Sequence record: OR413578.1
DNA: 64,000 bases
Strand: one strand, 5' to 3'
Shown in pieces: positions 1 to 10,673 of this stretch. A model generated the notes under the pieces. The model had not been told where the DNA came from, did no database searches, and was given only the letters and a program-made list of their open reading frames with translations. The translations under genes and the position numbers were made by a program. Each line of letters starts with the position of its first letter. The stretch's first letter is position 1.

Positions 1-906
1 ATGGCACTCGAAAACGCTTACAGCGGTAATCCCTTTAATGCACTTGACCTTACTCGCACCAAGGCAGACCTGGAATTAGCCCGTAAACTTAACCAAACTG
101 TCTCACAGTCCGATGAAGTTCATTACGTTGTTGAGACCGCTGATGTAAAACCGTTTCCTTTGCCGATTGTTATCGGCGACGACGTTTATGTATACGCAGC
201 CACGTTTACCACGCTGGATAAGACCAACGAGCTAAAAATACGAAACCCAGTCGAACACGCATTGCGTCTCGACCAGGCTCGCTGGGAATTGGTGTGGAAA
301 CGGAGTAATGGTAAGCTTGCTGCACTGATGGCACAGATGCCCTACCACCATGAGATTTTCAGCAAATGGGTGTCGGATGCGATTACCCACACGTTTGCAC
401 TTGCTCCATATCAAAGTGGGCAAATCAAAGCGTTGGCTGCATTGTTCTCTGTGGGACAGTTCTATAATCACGTCGAAGATGATGTGAAAGCTTTACGTTT
501 GCAGCAGATGCTGGAGCAACAATTAGGCTTACCTGCGGAACTGTTTGAATCAGTGACAGGCCACACAGAATATCTTTTCCCGCGTAATATCGCAGAATTC
601 GTCGAAATGGTGCAGGCTGCAGATATCACTCCGCGGGTGCGTGACCTGAGCATTCTGTCTCTGCAGCAGATGTTGAATACCAGCTTCTTCGGGGTGAGTT
701 ATGAAAAACAACTCGCTACTAGCGCCATCGAATATCCGCCTAGTCTCTTCGTTATGATTAAGGCTTGTCTGGATAATAACATGTTTAACCGCAGTCGGTT
801 AGGTGGGATTGTGAAGAAGTCAGACACCGCTAAGAAACGCGATAAGTTTGAATTCACCTACAACCTTCTGATGAATCAAAACACCAAACCACTGAACATC
901 AAGTAA
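1..906 (+). CDS. Probable virion structural protein (phiKZ gp28-like position); may be 5'-truncated by the window edge
   Basis: 301-aa ORF at the head of a tight operon ending in terminase; function from recalled synteny only. Confidence 0.55.
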   Translation: MALENAYSGNPFNALDLTRTKADLELARKLNQTVSQSDEVHYVVETADVKPFPLPIVIGDDVYVYAATFTTLDKTNELKIRNPVEHALRLDQARWELVWKRSNGKLAALMAQMPYHHEIFSKWVSDAITHTFALAPYQSGQIKALAALFSVGQFYNHVEDDVKALRLQQMLEQQLGLPAELFESVTGHTEYLFPRNIAEFVEMVQAADITPRVRDLSILSLQQMLNTSFFGVSYEKQLATSAIEYPPSLFVMIKACLDNNMFNRSRLGGIVKKSDTAKKRDKFEFTYNLLMNQNTKPLNIK

Positions 907-916
907 GAGGCCCACT

Positions 917-3430
917 ATGGAGAACTGGCTGGTCGCTCACGCCGTTAAAAATGCGTGGCAGCGTCCGTACCTCGATGGGGTGTTGAACATTGCGCCTTTT
1001 CGATTAACTGAAAAGACCGGAGCGATCGGGTTTTTCAAGCACGGGCGTAATCCGATTCCTTTACCGGGCGAGGGGTGGTGGCACGCGTTTGTAATTGACA
1101 AGCTCCACCTCAACTACGGCAACTTGAGTATCCCTCCTGAGCGCTGGAAGAAACTTACTACGTGTGTAAATAACTTCCATGCGTGGATGCAGGTGTACAA
1201 CGAAGATGGGACAATTATCCCGTCGAACTCTGTGTATTTCTGGCGGACACTCTCTGGTCAGATTTACATGGCGATTCCGCAAACGGAACGCTACAAGTGG
1301 TTAGACGACGCGCCGTGTTATCTACGCATTTATGCTGGTAATGATGGCGGCGAAAACGCTCCTGTTGTTAAACCGACGTTCATCGAACCGTATAATCCAC
1401 CGAACCCACAACAGATCCAGATCGTCTTAGACCGTTATAATCTGTTGAAAGGCCAGAAAATCGGCTATGTCGATTTCTGGGTAAACGGAAAGATGATTGC
1501 TGATCCTAAGCCCGCGGATATCAAAGCATGGGATGATGTTGAAATTCGTGTCGACGGCCGCATTCGTCGTGTAATTGAATACCGTTGTGGGGATTTGCAA
1601 ACGTTCTACTCAACGCTTGACCAAACACGAAAATACCTGCTGCACATTCCAAAAGGGGATGGCATTTGGATTTTCAACAACGACTGTGAAATTCAGTTGT
1701 TGTGGAAAGGCGAAGGGCGTTACTACCACCGCCACCGTCATCAGGCCGTGCGTCAATTGACGTGGAACGATATATCGATTCCATCGATGCGGATTTCGAA
1801 ATACCGCACCGCTTTCACTAACCCAATGAATGATATCGACGAACTAACGATTCGTTTATTGATACGTGACGATTTCCTTGACCTGAAGCCGTTGTATAAC
1901 TCCACCCACACACATGACCTCTATCGTCTTAGTGACGAGCAGATCATCGGTGCGATGGTGGGGGCAAACTCCAACGTACCAGAGTGGACCGCAGCAGCGC
2001 TCGAGGAATCGGCAGCGAATCGGTTAGCGGCAGCCAAACTCCGGAACATCACACGCGATCTCTGCACTGATGCGTACGGCTACAATGCCGCCGCACGTTA
2101 CAGTGCCGACACTCCACAGCGTCTGGAACTTACATCCGGTGGCTATCGCGGTACTTTGCCCGACTTACTGGCAACGCTGTCAACTGTATACGAGTACGAT
2201 GCCGATGGGTTGCTGTTAGAACATCACCGTAATGCAGGCTACGATGTTTACATCCCTCGCAATCCAGAAGCACGAATCATCGAGGCTATTGCGGGTGAAG
2301 TCTCGGATGCGGTGAAGATTGTTGACAACGCTCCCGACTTTGAAATTGAGCCAGGTTCAAACGTTGGGTTGTGGATTCGAATGGTCATCGGGGAAGTTCC
2401 AACCAACGACTACTACAAAGCCGAGGAAGGAACGGATTATACTCGCGACGGAAATAAAATCACCTGGACCGTAGATCGGACACGACGTCACCCGACAGTG
2501 ATTTACGACGACTTCCATCTGTTCTTCGAAGTGGATGTTAAGGTGTCGGAAGGTCAGATACGTATTCCGATTGTAGCACGCAACCAAGACGGGCAGCAGC
2601 GCACGCTGTGGCTACCGATGGAAACGGTTGAAGTGTGGTTGAACAACCACCCACTGGTGCACGGTATCGATTACCACACCCGCTGGCCGGAAATTGTGGT
2701 GGTTTGTAAAGCGTGGATGGCGGACGGGGATACAAATAAAGTCTCAGTGCGTTGTCGTGGCGTGACCGGTGAACTCCGTATTCCTAAACACGGTTTCGTG
2801 TCAAGCGGACTGCTGTCTAATAACAGCCAGTTTGATTGCCGTGACGACAAAGTGATTCGTGTCGTGGGTGGCGGTTCACTGCTATTGCGTGACGAAGTCG
2901 TGTTCCGTGAAGACAACACTGTAGGTGTTGACATCGTGCAAGACGGGTTCCCATACTCGGTCGACGATCCGACTATTCCGTTGCGGACGCTGGTAAGCGG
3001 CGATACGTACGACTTGCGCGACACTGCCCGTGATTTGGACACACGCGTCGAGGCTTACCTGTCTAACTGGTTCCCGACACCTCCGCCGGTTAACCCGGTA
3101 CCGTTGCCGTATCTGTATCACCTCTATTCGCCAACCCTGAACAAAATCTTGTGGGACTACTTGCAAGGTATTCTGATTCTGCGGGAAGACGATCCGGAGT
3201 ATCGTATCTCGACGTCACAGCTGGATGACATCATGGAGCGTTATAAAGACCTCCTGCCGTTTGACCCGGCCTATATCGGTTACGATAAAGCGTTTGTGAA
3301 ACTGCATCCGCATGTGAAGTACGAAACGGTAGAAATCAACGAACTTGGCTTTGCCTTCTTAGACCGCGTCAATGAACGTTATCTGAATGGCGAAGTGCAG
3401 CTTAATCAGTATCTGATAATCAAGGGTTAA
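917..3430 (+). CDS. Probable baseplate/virion structural protein (phiKZ gp27-like)
   Basis: 837-aa ORF, SD GAGG upstream, beta-rich; synteny with terminase. Confidence 0.6.
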   Translation: MENWLVAHAVKNAWQRPYLDGVLNIAPFRLTEKTGAIGFFKHGRNPIPLPGEGWWHAFVIDKLHLNYGNLSIPPERWKKLTTCVNNFHAWMQVYNEDGTIIPSNSVYFWRTLSGQIYMAIPQTERYKWLDDAPCYLRIYAGNDGGENAPVVKPTFIEPYNPPNPQQIQIVLDRYNLLKGQKIGYVDFWVNGKMIADPKPADIKAWDDVEIRVDGRIRRVIEYRCGDLQTFYSTLDQTRKYLLHIPKGDGIWIFNNDCEIQLLWKGEGRYYHRHRHQAVRQLTWNDISIPSMRISKYRTAFTNPMNDIDELTIRLLIRDDFLDLKPLYNSTHTHDLYRLSDEQIIGAMVGANSNVPEWTAAALEESAANRLAAAKLRNITRDLCTDAYGYNAAARYSADTPQRLELTSGGYRGTLPDLLATLSTVYEYDADGLLLEHHRNAGYDVYIPRNPEARIIEAIAGEVSDAVKIVDNAPDFEIEPGSNVGLWIRMVIGEVPTNDYYKAEEGTDYTRDGNKITWTVDRTRRHPTVIYDDFHLFFEVDVKVSEGQIRIPIVARNQDGQQRTLWLPMETVEVWLNNHPLVHGIDYHTRWPEIVVVCKAWMADGDTNKVSVRCRGVTGELRIPKHGFVSSGLLSNNSQFDCRDDKVIRVVGGGSLLLRDEVVFREDNTVGVDIVQDGFPYSVDDPTIPLRTLVSGDTYDLRDTARDLDTRVEAYLSNWFPTPPPVNPVPLPYLYHLYSPTLNKILWDYLQGILILREDDPEYRISTSQLDDIMERYKDLLPFDPAYIGYDKAFVKLHPHVKYETVEINELGFAFLDRVNERYLNGEVQLNQYLIIKG

Positions 3431-3432
3431 TC

Positions 3433-5076
3433 ATGGCGAAGATTGCGTCCAAATTAATCGACAAGGATCGCGGGTTCGAAGTCTGGGACCCGAGTGAATT
3501 GTACGAACCAAACAAACCAACAGGTTACGTACCTAACCCACGTGACCTTATCGTGAACGACATGACCTCCGGCTTTGACCGCGTGGTTAGCGTAAACTAT
3601 TCGGTACCGTCGTGGGAAACAGAACCGTTCGGTGGCGTTGGTGTGGCAAACCAAGACGGGCGTCTTAATGGTCACTACCCACTACGCTCTGACAGATATC
3701 GCGTCTACGTGGACAGCACCAAACTTCCACCGACGATGGTTATCGATGATGCCGTCACTTTCAACGGTCCCGATATCGACGGTGTGCGTATCCTGCGTGG
3801 GTCATCTGTAAACGATGATGCGGAAATCCTGTCTGGTTATTACAAAGACGGGGTTCTGAAAAAGAACTATCTGCCGGTGCAGACTATCAGTGCGGCTGAC
3901 GCAGAAACTGTGGTGAAACAAGCGATTCCTGGGAGCTGTCTGGCTGAAGTCAGTAACGGTGAAGAGTGTACTTTCCTGGTTTACTCCGACACCGGTAACG
4001 TTGTTCAGATCGCCCACGGTCACATCATCAAGACCAATCTGGTGATGGCGCAAGAGACTCCGTCTCGCACTGTGCTAGGTATTAAACTGGTTTCACCGTT
4101 CCTGGTAGACGACAATGGTACTACGCTGACGCTGCCGATTAACATCCCGCTGGAATCTATTCCGCTGTGGTGTGACATCCAGTACAGCGACGGAACCAAA
4201 CGCCTACCTATCGATGGTTCGCGTGTGAAGTTTAACGGTCTGCGTAACTCTGGTGCACATGACACGTTTTACATCGCTTCAAACGCCGGTAATGAGTTAC
4301 CTTGCCAGTTAAGCTATCAGTTGGCTCGCGGTGAAACCTACGGTGGTACTGACATTGTTAAAGATACAATTGTCAAAGACTACACCGCTGTAACCGAAAC
4401 AGTCGATGGTGCTTATTCCATGAAGCTGTTTGTGGTTCCGCGTTGGTTGGATGCGAACCGTGGTTATCGTCTGTCGTTCCTGCTGTACAACCTGACACGC
4501 GGCCAAGTCTACGACGCGACCGCAAACATCCAGTACACCACAGGGACTACATTCGACCCACTGTTGATGGGTGTGAAACAGCGTCTGAATGTGCAGGTGG
4601 ATATCAGCAAAGTAAATCCACAATTCCGCGCATTCATCCAGGCGCAGTCTTTCGCCATCACGTTAGTGAACCCAGGTAACGAGTTGAATACCAACTTCCT
4701 TATCGAATACCTGCCTGATGGGCTGGTCTACGGTAATGAAATTTGGGCGGAGTTCAAATACTCTAACGTCAACTACTCCACGCTGAACCTTCGTTGTGGT
4801 TGTGCCTCTAAAGCCGAGTGGCTTAAAGCGTTGTACGAGCCGATTTATCCGCTCTACGATCGTCGTAATGAATCTGAGGCTCCCGAGCCTACACACTTTG
4901 AGGTGCATGTCGGTGGTAAGGTTTACACCCACAGCATCGATGAGTGGTTAAATGAGCAAACGGTAGATTATCGTATCGCTCTGGACGATTCGTTAGTTAT
5001 TCGCTGGATTCGTCGCACTCCTACGGATACGCTTAACCTCGCGGCTACGCCAATGCTGGCGCACCACATCGAGTAA
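3433..5076 (+). CDS. Probable baseplate/virion structural protein (phiKZ gp26-like)
   Basis: 547-aa ORF, 2-nt gap to the previous gene, immediately upstream of terminase. Confidence 0.6.
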   Translation: MAKIASKLIDKDRGFEVWDPSELYEPNKPTGYVPNPRDLIVNDMTSGFDRVVSVNYSVPSWETEPFGGVGVANQDGRLNGHYPLRSDRYRVYVDSTKLPPTMVIDDAVTFNGPDIDGVRILRGSSVNDDAEILSGYYKDGVLKKNYLPVQTISAADAETVVKQAIPGSCLAEVSNGEECTFLVYSDTGNVVQIAHGHIIKTNLVMAQETPSRTVLGIKLVSPFLVDDNGTTLTLPINIPLESIPLWCDIQYSDGTKRLPIDGSRVKFNGLRNSGAHDTFYIASNAGNELPCQLSYQLARGETYGGTDIVKDTIVKDYTAVTETVDGAYSMKLFVVPRWLDANRGYRLSFLLYNLTRGQVYDATANIQYTTGTTFDPLLMGVKQRLNVQVDISKVNPQFRAFIQAQSFAITLVNPGNELNTNFLIEYLPDGLVYGNEIWAEFKYSNVNYSTLNLRCGCASKAEWLKALYEPIYPLYDRRNESEAPEPTHFEVHVGGKVYTHSIDEWLNEQTVDYRIALDDSLVIRWIRRTPTDTLNLAATPMLAHHIE

Positions 5077-5120
5077 CAAACCTTCCTCCACCCCTTCGGG
5101 GGTGGAGGTATGGAGATTGT

Positions 5121-7232
5121 ATGATACTGCGAAAAAACGATTGGCGACACTATCCGGGGGCGATTGTTGACGATGTCACACCAAACGTGCACTTCCTTCA
5201 ATTCGCCACAACACTACAAGGATTAGGTGTCCAGCATTGGTACGTCCACCTGGCATTACACAATCCCGAACTCCGTGGTGTTGATCCGTTTAGCCCGGAT
5301 TTAACACTCGAACAAAAAGCGATGATTGTTACGGAGTGTGCGGAAAACCCATGGTACTTCTTCCGTGAGTGTGTCCGGGTCCCTGCGGATGGTGTAAAGA
5401 ACGGGATGCCGTTTCGTCTAGACCGCGGTAACTTTTCGATGTATTGGATTTTCTTCAACAACATCGACGCCGCTATCGAGTTTCTCCGTCAGCATGGTAA
5501 GACTGTCGGGATGTCCGCATTGCTATTGTGGCTGATGCGCTTCCTGGAGAACTCACGTACGATTCTTATCACGAAGGGTCCTGCCCTGCGTGAAGAAACT
5601 ATCAACAAAATGAAACAACTGCGTAACGCGTTACCGGATTATCTCTGGCCTCATCACCCGGACGATCCTGATAACCGTGAGACATTTGCATGTCTAGCGC
5701 AGGGTAACAAACTTATCACCGGCATCGGTCAAAACGATAAGGAAGCTGCGAACGGGGTAGGCCGTGGACTCACAGCCGGACGCCTGTTCTCGGATGAAGG
5801 ACCGTTTACCAACAACATCCACCATATCCTCCCTGCTGCACTAGCATCGGGTACCGCGGCGCGTCGTATTAACGAAGCCGAAGGTGTTCCATACGGCAAC
5901 GTCTTCGCAACAACGCCTGGGGATTTGGCGACAGAAGAAGGCGAGTACATGTACAGCCTGATGACGTCGGGGATTTCGTGGGATGAACGGTATATCGACA
6001 TTCCGACTCGTGCACAACTGATTGACATGATTCGCAAAGGCTCTACTGCGAAGATTCCACGTATCATGTTCTACGTGAAATACAACCACCGCCAACTCGG
6101 TACCACGGACGAAGAACTCGCAGATATGATTGCGAACGCCCCAGGTACACCAGACCAAATCCGCCGTGACTTCGGTGGTGAATGGACAACCGGTGGTTAC
6201 AACAAACCGTTCTCAGGCGATGATGCAAGACGTATGAACGCCTCGCGTATTCGGGCAGCACAGAAAATTATCTCTGCTTCCAACTACGTAACGGATTGGT
6301 ATTACACCGAAGAACAGATGCTGGTTAAAATGCAAGACCGCCACATCATCGGTTTGGATACTTCCGAAGCCGTGGGACGTGACGCCATTGCCATGTCAAT
6401 CGTCAACTCTGTCACTGCCGAATATGCCGGCAAGCTCACCGTGAACGAAACAAACGTCATCGGGTTTGCGATTCACTTAGCAGACTTCATGATCGAATAT
6501 CCGAACACGGTACTCATTCTGGAACGACGGTCTACCGGCTCCTCGGTAGCAGATGCCATCATACTGCAGCTGCAATCTAAGGTTCGCGATTTGCATCGTC
6601 GTTTGTACGTGAAAGTGACCCAGGATTACTCAAGGAACGATGAACTTTACAAAGAGTTCCATCGTGGCCCTGTGGGCAGTCCAGAGCGCTTCTGGGACAA
6701 ATTCCGTAAATACATCGGTTTCTCAACCGACCAGGATAAACGCCGTAAGTTGTATGGTGAAGTATTTACCACGGCGTTGCGTCTTTCTGCGGACTTACTG
6801 CGGTCAGGCGAATTGATCGACCAAATCCTCGGTCTCGTCGAACGAAACGGGCGCATAGACCACCGTGCATCCGGTCACGATGACCTGGTAATATCCTGGC
6901 TTCTGGCAATGTGGTTACTTCTGTTCGGCAACAACTTAGGCCACTACGGTATAAGTAACAGCCGACTGATGATGCGCAACCGCAATATGCTCGGGGGCAT
7001 GGCAGGTGAATTCGATGAAGAGGCTGCAGTCGAGGAAGAAGAAAAGCAACAACAACTGATGGGGCAAATTGAAACGATGATTAGGCAGAGTCAAGTTGTA
7101 GCCGACCCGGTACAACAGCTCATGTACAAGAATCGTATTCAAGCGCTCGTCTCTCAACTCAACACTGACGTTCGTAACGTCGCATCGATGGAAAGCTTGA
7201 AAGAGCTAATCCAACGACAGAGGATGAAGTGA
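5121..7232 (+). CDS. terL: Terminase large subunit
   Basis: Walker A RQHGKT, Walker B-like LFSDEG, nuclease motifs GLDTSEAVGRD and HDDLV; 703 aa. Confidence 0.92.
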   Translation: MILRKNDWRHYPGAIVDDVTPNVHFLQFATTLQGLGVQHWYVHLALHNPELRGVDPFSPDLTLEQKAMIVTECAENPWYFFRECVRVPADGVKNGMPFRLDRGNFSMYWIFFNNIDAAIEFLRQHGKTVGMSALLLWLMRFLENSRTILITKGPALREETINKMKQLRNALPDYLWPHHPDDPDNRETFACLAQGNKLITGIGQNDKEAANGVGRGLTAGRLFSDEGPFTNNIHHILPAALASGTAARRINEAEGVPYGNVFATTPGDLATEEGEYMYSLMTSGISWDERYIDIPTRAQLIDMIRKGSTAKIPRIMFYVKYNHRQLGTTDEELADMIANAPGTPDQIRRDFGGEWTTGGYNKPFSGDDARRMNASRIRAAQKIISASNYVTDWYYTEEQMLVKMQDRHIIGLDTSEAVGRDAIAMSIVNSVTAEYAGKLTVNETNVIGFAIHLADFMIEYPNTVLILERRSTGSSVADAIILQLQSKVRDLHRRLYVKVTQDYSRNDELYKEFHRGPVGSPERFWDKFRKYIGFSTDQDKRRKLYGEVFTTALRLSADLLRSGELIDQILGLVERNGRIDHRASGHDDLVISWLLAMWLLLFGNNLGHYGISNSRLMMRNRNMLGGMAGEFDEEAAVEEEEKQQQLMGQIETMIRQSQVVADPVQQLMYKNRIQALVSQLNTDVRNVASMESLKELIQRQRMK

Positions 7233-7471
7233 TGACTCAACTCTACTACGCAATCGTGCTGGTAATGTGGATTTGCCTATACTTTGGCTTACGCCACACC
7301 ATCGAAGTAATACGCATACACGCACAAAGCCACGATGTCTGCACACGCACAATGCGGCTCGGACAGATTATCTGTAGCTTTGGCGTATTGCTTATCGGTG
7401 GACTATCGACCGCGGGGCTACACGTTGTGTATACCCTACATCAAGTTGCCGTATCGGGAGCACTCGCCTGA
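7229..7471 (+). CDS. Small membrane protein with two predicted TM helices
   Basis: ATGA overlap with terL stop; hydrophobic runs YYAIVLVMWICLYFGL and IICSFGVLLIGGLSTAGL. Confidence 0.65.
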   Translation: MMTQLYYAIVLVMWICLYFGLRHTIEVIRIHAQSHDVCTRTMRLGQIICSFGVLLIGGLSTAGLHVVYTLHQVAVSGALA

Positions 7472-7501
7472 ATCAACTTTAACTCGAAAAAATACGACGT
7501 A

Positions 7502-7529
7502 GCCACCTCTCCGAAACTGGAGAGGTGGC
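7502..7529. terminator. Bidirectional intrinsic terminator
   Basis: GCCACCTCTCC-GAAACT-GGAGAGGTGGC followed by a T-tract, between convergent genes. Confidence 0.8.
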
Positions 7530-7537
7530 ATTTTATT

Positions 7538-8914
7538 TTATTTCTGCAAAGAGCGGATCAAGAAGTACAACAGTAACGCATTACGTAAGGCAGCCAGAGC
7601 GGCCTCATGACGGATGTGTGTTTCCCGTGCGGCCAGTTTCTCAATCCGTTCACGCAACGATAACACGTATGGGTTAGGGGACTTCGAAGCCTGGTACAAC
7701 GAACGCATACGCAGTAGAACCGTACTCGCATCGTTAAAGTTCAGACGAGAGGTAACAATTTCATCGAACGCGTGCGATAGCGTGTCCTCCATGATAGCGT
7801 TAATCTCATCACGCTTTTTGCCAAGCGGTAGACTTGCAATATACGCCAGCAAAGTTTTCAGTGCCGCGGGAGATGCTTTGGGTACTAGCTCCAACACCAC
7901 TTTTGCCAATTGCTCTTTGTAGAGATTGTTGATGTCGTAAGACGCATCGAACAAATTCTGCTTAGCGATATCCAGCGCGCCCACTTTGTCACGGATAATC
8001 GATTCACCGTCTAACTCAATTCGGGTTGACTGCGTAATTACACGACTGTTATCACGACGCACTTTGTCCAATACCGCGTAATAGTCCTTCACGGTTTGTT
8101 TGGTACGGGTGTTCAGGTCGGTGATAAAACGCAATACCAGGTCTGGCGTATCAAAACGTTTAACCGCGTCGTAGTTTGGGTACTCCGGAGAACAGAAGTA
8201 TTCTGAACGCTCCTGCATGTGCAGACCCCAGTTGCCTAAACGACGGATATCGAACTTTAACGACAACATCGAGTATGCGGCGTCGGCGGCGGCCATGTCG
8301 ACCGGCTTGGGGAAGAAGTGGTAATATATACTGGAGTAGAATTTGAATTGCAGCAACGTTACCAACGACACTGCAGCGGCATGAATTTCACGATCGGCGA
8401 ACTTCGACATCATCCGATGTAGCGTATAGACCGTGGAAAGGTTATACGGATCGCCCGCCACTGCCCAGTCGGTGTTAATCGTGCCCGATTCTTTAATCAT
8501 CTCGAACAGATAGTCTTCGTCGACTTTCAAGACATCTTCAAAAAAGCGGTTACGGTCAGAATCGTAAAAACGGATAGTGTGGACACCTAGCAGGTTAGAC
8601 CCTAGCCACTCCACATTGCCTTCACGTTTAAGAATGTTATCCACGTGAAGTTGAATTTGCTTTGCAAAACGACGATCGATGACGACATGTTTAAAGCATT
8701 CGTCAAACACTTTACGTAATCGGTCATTCTTCATGGCTTCTGCAGCAACCACCAAACCCATCGGGACGTAGCCGCCAAAACCATAGTCGTAATACAAGCC
8801 CGTAGAATACATGTCATCGTCGAAGAATGGGTCACGTCCGAATGATTCGACGGCAACCTTCACTCCGGTATCACGATAACAACCGGCACTGAAATCATAA
8901 ACCAGTTCAGACAT
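7538..8914 (-). CDS. Conserved hypothetical protein, possibly a processed head protein
   Basis: 458-aa ORF; N-terminal VAVE-S motif resembles a prohead-protease site. Confidence 0.65.
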   Translation of the reverse strand: MSELVYDFSAGCYRDTGVKVAVESFGRDPFFDDDMYSTGLYYDYGFGGYVPMGLVVAAEAMKNDRLRKVFDECFKHVVIDRRFAKQIQLHVDNILKREGNVEWLGSNLLGVHTIRFYDSDRNRFFEDVLKVDEDYLFEMIKESGTINTDWAVAGDPYNLSTVYTLHRMMSKFADREIHAAAVSLVTLLQFKFYSSIYYHFFPKPVDMAAADAAYSMLSLKFDIRRLGNWGLHMQERSEYFCSPEYPNYDAVKRFDTPDLVLRFITDLNTRTKQTVKDYYAVLDKVRRDNSRVITQSTRIELDGESIIRDKVGALDIAKQNLFDASYDINNLYKEQLAKVVLELVPKASPAALKTLLAYIASLPLGKKRDEINAIMEDTLSHAFDEIVTSRLNFNDASTVLLRMRSLYQASKSPNPYVLSLRERIEKLAARETHIRHEAALAALRNALLLYFLIRSLQK

Positions 8915-8986
8915 GGCACTAAACCTCTAAAAATTTACGGATATATGTTATCATACTGAGAGTATACCTGAAGGAGATTTTACCCA

Positions 8987-10120
8987 ATGATGAACTATGA
9001 ACGTAAGCACGCGTGGCAAGAAAAGCTACGCACGGGGCAGATACATTCTGCCCAACAAGTGAAGATGTGGGTGCTGCCGCACGGCGTCATCTGCGAAATG
9101 GTCCAGGTCGGGGGATTACCTATTCTTCGAAATGGCAAATACGATTCGATGAACACGGTACTCGCGCGCTTGCTGGCCGATGCAGGCATAATGGGTACCG
9201 TGATTTTATATTCAACCGCAACGATTCCTCAGAACCTTTCTCGCTGGTTAACACATTGGCTTTCCAATGACCCTAGCGAGGACGATCCGTGGCTACGTTC
9301 GATGACAGTGACAACAATGGGTCAACGGCCGACGAAACCCCTCCCATTCCAGGTCAATGTAATTGAACCAGCTATTCTGGAAGCGGGTGAAGTGTTTGAA
9401 GCAATCAAACATCGATCTCGCGATGTTAGCATCAGTCAGTTTCTTATCGAAGCGAATGATGTGACTTACCGGCTGGAGCCTGTACGACGTATGGACGCTC
9501 GTATCGTCGACTGCACAGAGTTCGGTTATGTCTTGCGTACACAGGGCAACCATACCTTCCTGGCATCGATGCTCTCTCGCCGCGTGCAGGGACAGTTAGC
9601 ACACTACAAAGTGTCCCCTGCTGACCTCGTCGGTACCGACGTTAAGGTCGAATACACAATGTTTACCGAAGGGAATCGACTGTGTAATTTTAAGTCTCCG
9701 GTAGTCTATCGGAGTAAGGCACTTGATGCCTTAGGCGACCAGAATGTCCCGACATACGATGGCCCCTATCCGTTTAAATCGCAAGCATCTGCAAACCGTG
9801 CGCTCCTTACGGTAACTCGGTGTAAACGCGCAGCGATCACACGGACCGACGGGGAAATTTATGGTAAGGACACTGAGTCTGACGCAAAACTCTTTTCGTT
9901 CCGGCGTGGTGTGAAACCTGGATTGTATGCCGCGACGTTTGAAAAGGGGGATGACGTCGAGTTCTGGCAGTTCGACAGCGATTTTGCAGTAGATGCGATT
10001 GACCCAGATGCGTTAGTGAGTGTCATCACAGACCAAATCTTTTACGCGACGGGTATGAGCCTGCTGGAAATCTTTTTAATGTACGATGCCAGATTACCTT
10101 CACAGTCAGTCAAAACGTAA
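8987..10120 (+). CDS. Hypothetical protein with a degenerate ATP-dependent DNA ligase-like (NTase+OB) fold
   Basis: SD GGAG; residues 25-243 line up by eye with ligase motifs I-V and the OB domain, but catalytic residues are absent. Confidence 0.5.
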   Translation: MMNYERKHAWQEKLRTGQIHSAQQVKMWVLPHGVICEMVQVGGLPILRNGKYDSMNTVLARLLADAGIMGTVILYSTATIPQNLSRWLTHWLSNDPSEDDPWLRSMTVTTMGQRPTKPLPFQVNVIEPAILEAGEVFEAIKHRSRDVSISQFLIEANDVTYRLEPVRRMDARIVDCTEFGYVLRTQGNHTFLASMLSRRVQGQLAHYKVSPADLVGTDVKVEYTMFTEGNRLCNFKSPVVYRSKALDALGDQNVPTYDGPYPFKSQASANRALLTVTRCKRAAITRTDGEIYGKDTESDAKLFSFRRGVKPGLYAATFEKGDDVEFWQFDSDFAVDAIDPDALVSVITDQIFYATGMSLLEIFLMYDARLPSQSVKT

Positions 10121-10130
10121 GGAGCCTCCT

Positions 10131-10640
10131 ATGTTTACTGCGCCAACCGTGCAGGTGGGGCAAGGTCTTAACCTGGTGGTACACGACCAGCGGTTAATCG
10201 ACCTCTGCGACACAAGCATAATTACTGCGATGATGGACCATAACCCTTTAGGTGACTACGGAAATACCAGCGAGATTTTGGCTGTTGCTGCCGTCCTCCG
10301 TCGTATTTACGGTCAAATAACCATCGTAGATCTCTGTAACTTCATTGACAACCACAGAGATTTAACTAAAGGGTTGGTCGCACTTACTCAAGATGGGGTG
10401 TCAAGTTTTGACAGTTCTCTTGGTAATTTCCTAGACATCGGTTCCGGGTTCGACTCCGGGCTAATGTTCATCACTCGTGAACGCTACGTCGCCGTCTGGG
10501 AATTTCTGCAACGCATGGGTGTGCATGTTCCTGCGAAGATCATGCATTACCAAACTTACGACCTGAATATTTTCGGGGAGCCGGGGTTATGGATAAAACC
10601 AGTACACCTTGGCCTTGATGGCTATACCATCAAGTGTTAA
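10131..10640 (+). CDS. Hypothetical protein
   Basis: SD AAGGAG before ATG 10131; 169 aa; followed by a terminator. Confidence 0.75.
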   Translation: MFTAPTVQVGQGLNLVVHDQRLIDLCDTSIITAMMDHNPLGDYGNTSEILAVAAVLRRIYGQITIVDLCNFIDNHRDLTKGLVALTQDGVSSFDSSLGNFLDIGSGFDSGLMFITRERYVAVWEFLQRMGVHVPAKIMHYQTYDLNIFGEPGLWIKPVHLGLDGYTIKC

Positions 10641-10647
10641 GTCACTA

Positions 10648-10673
10648 GGCGTACTCTCTTCGGGGAGTACGCC
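10648..10673 (+). terminator. Intrinsic terminator with UUCG loop
   Basis: GGCGTACTCTC-TTCG-GGGAGTACGCC followed by T-rich sequence. Confidence 0.8.
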
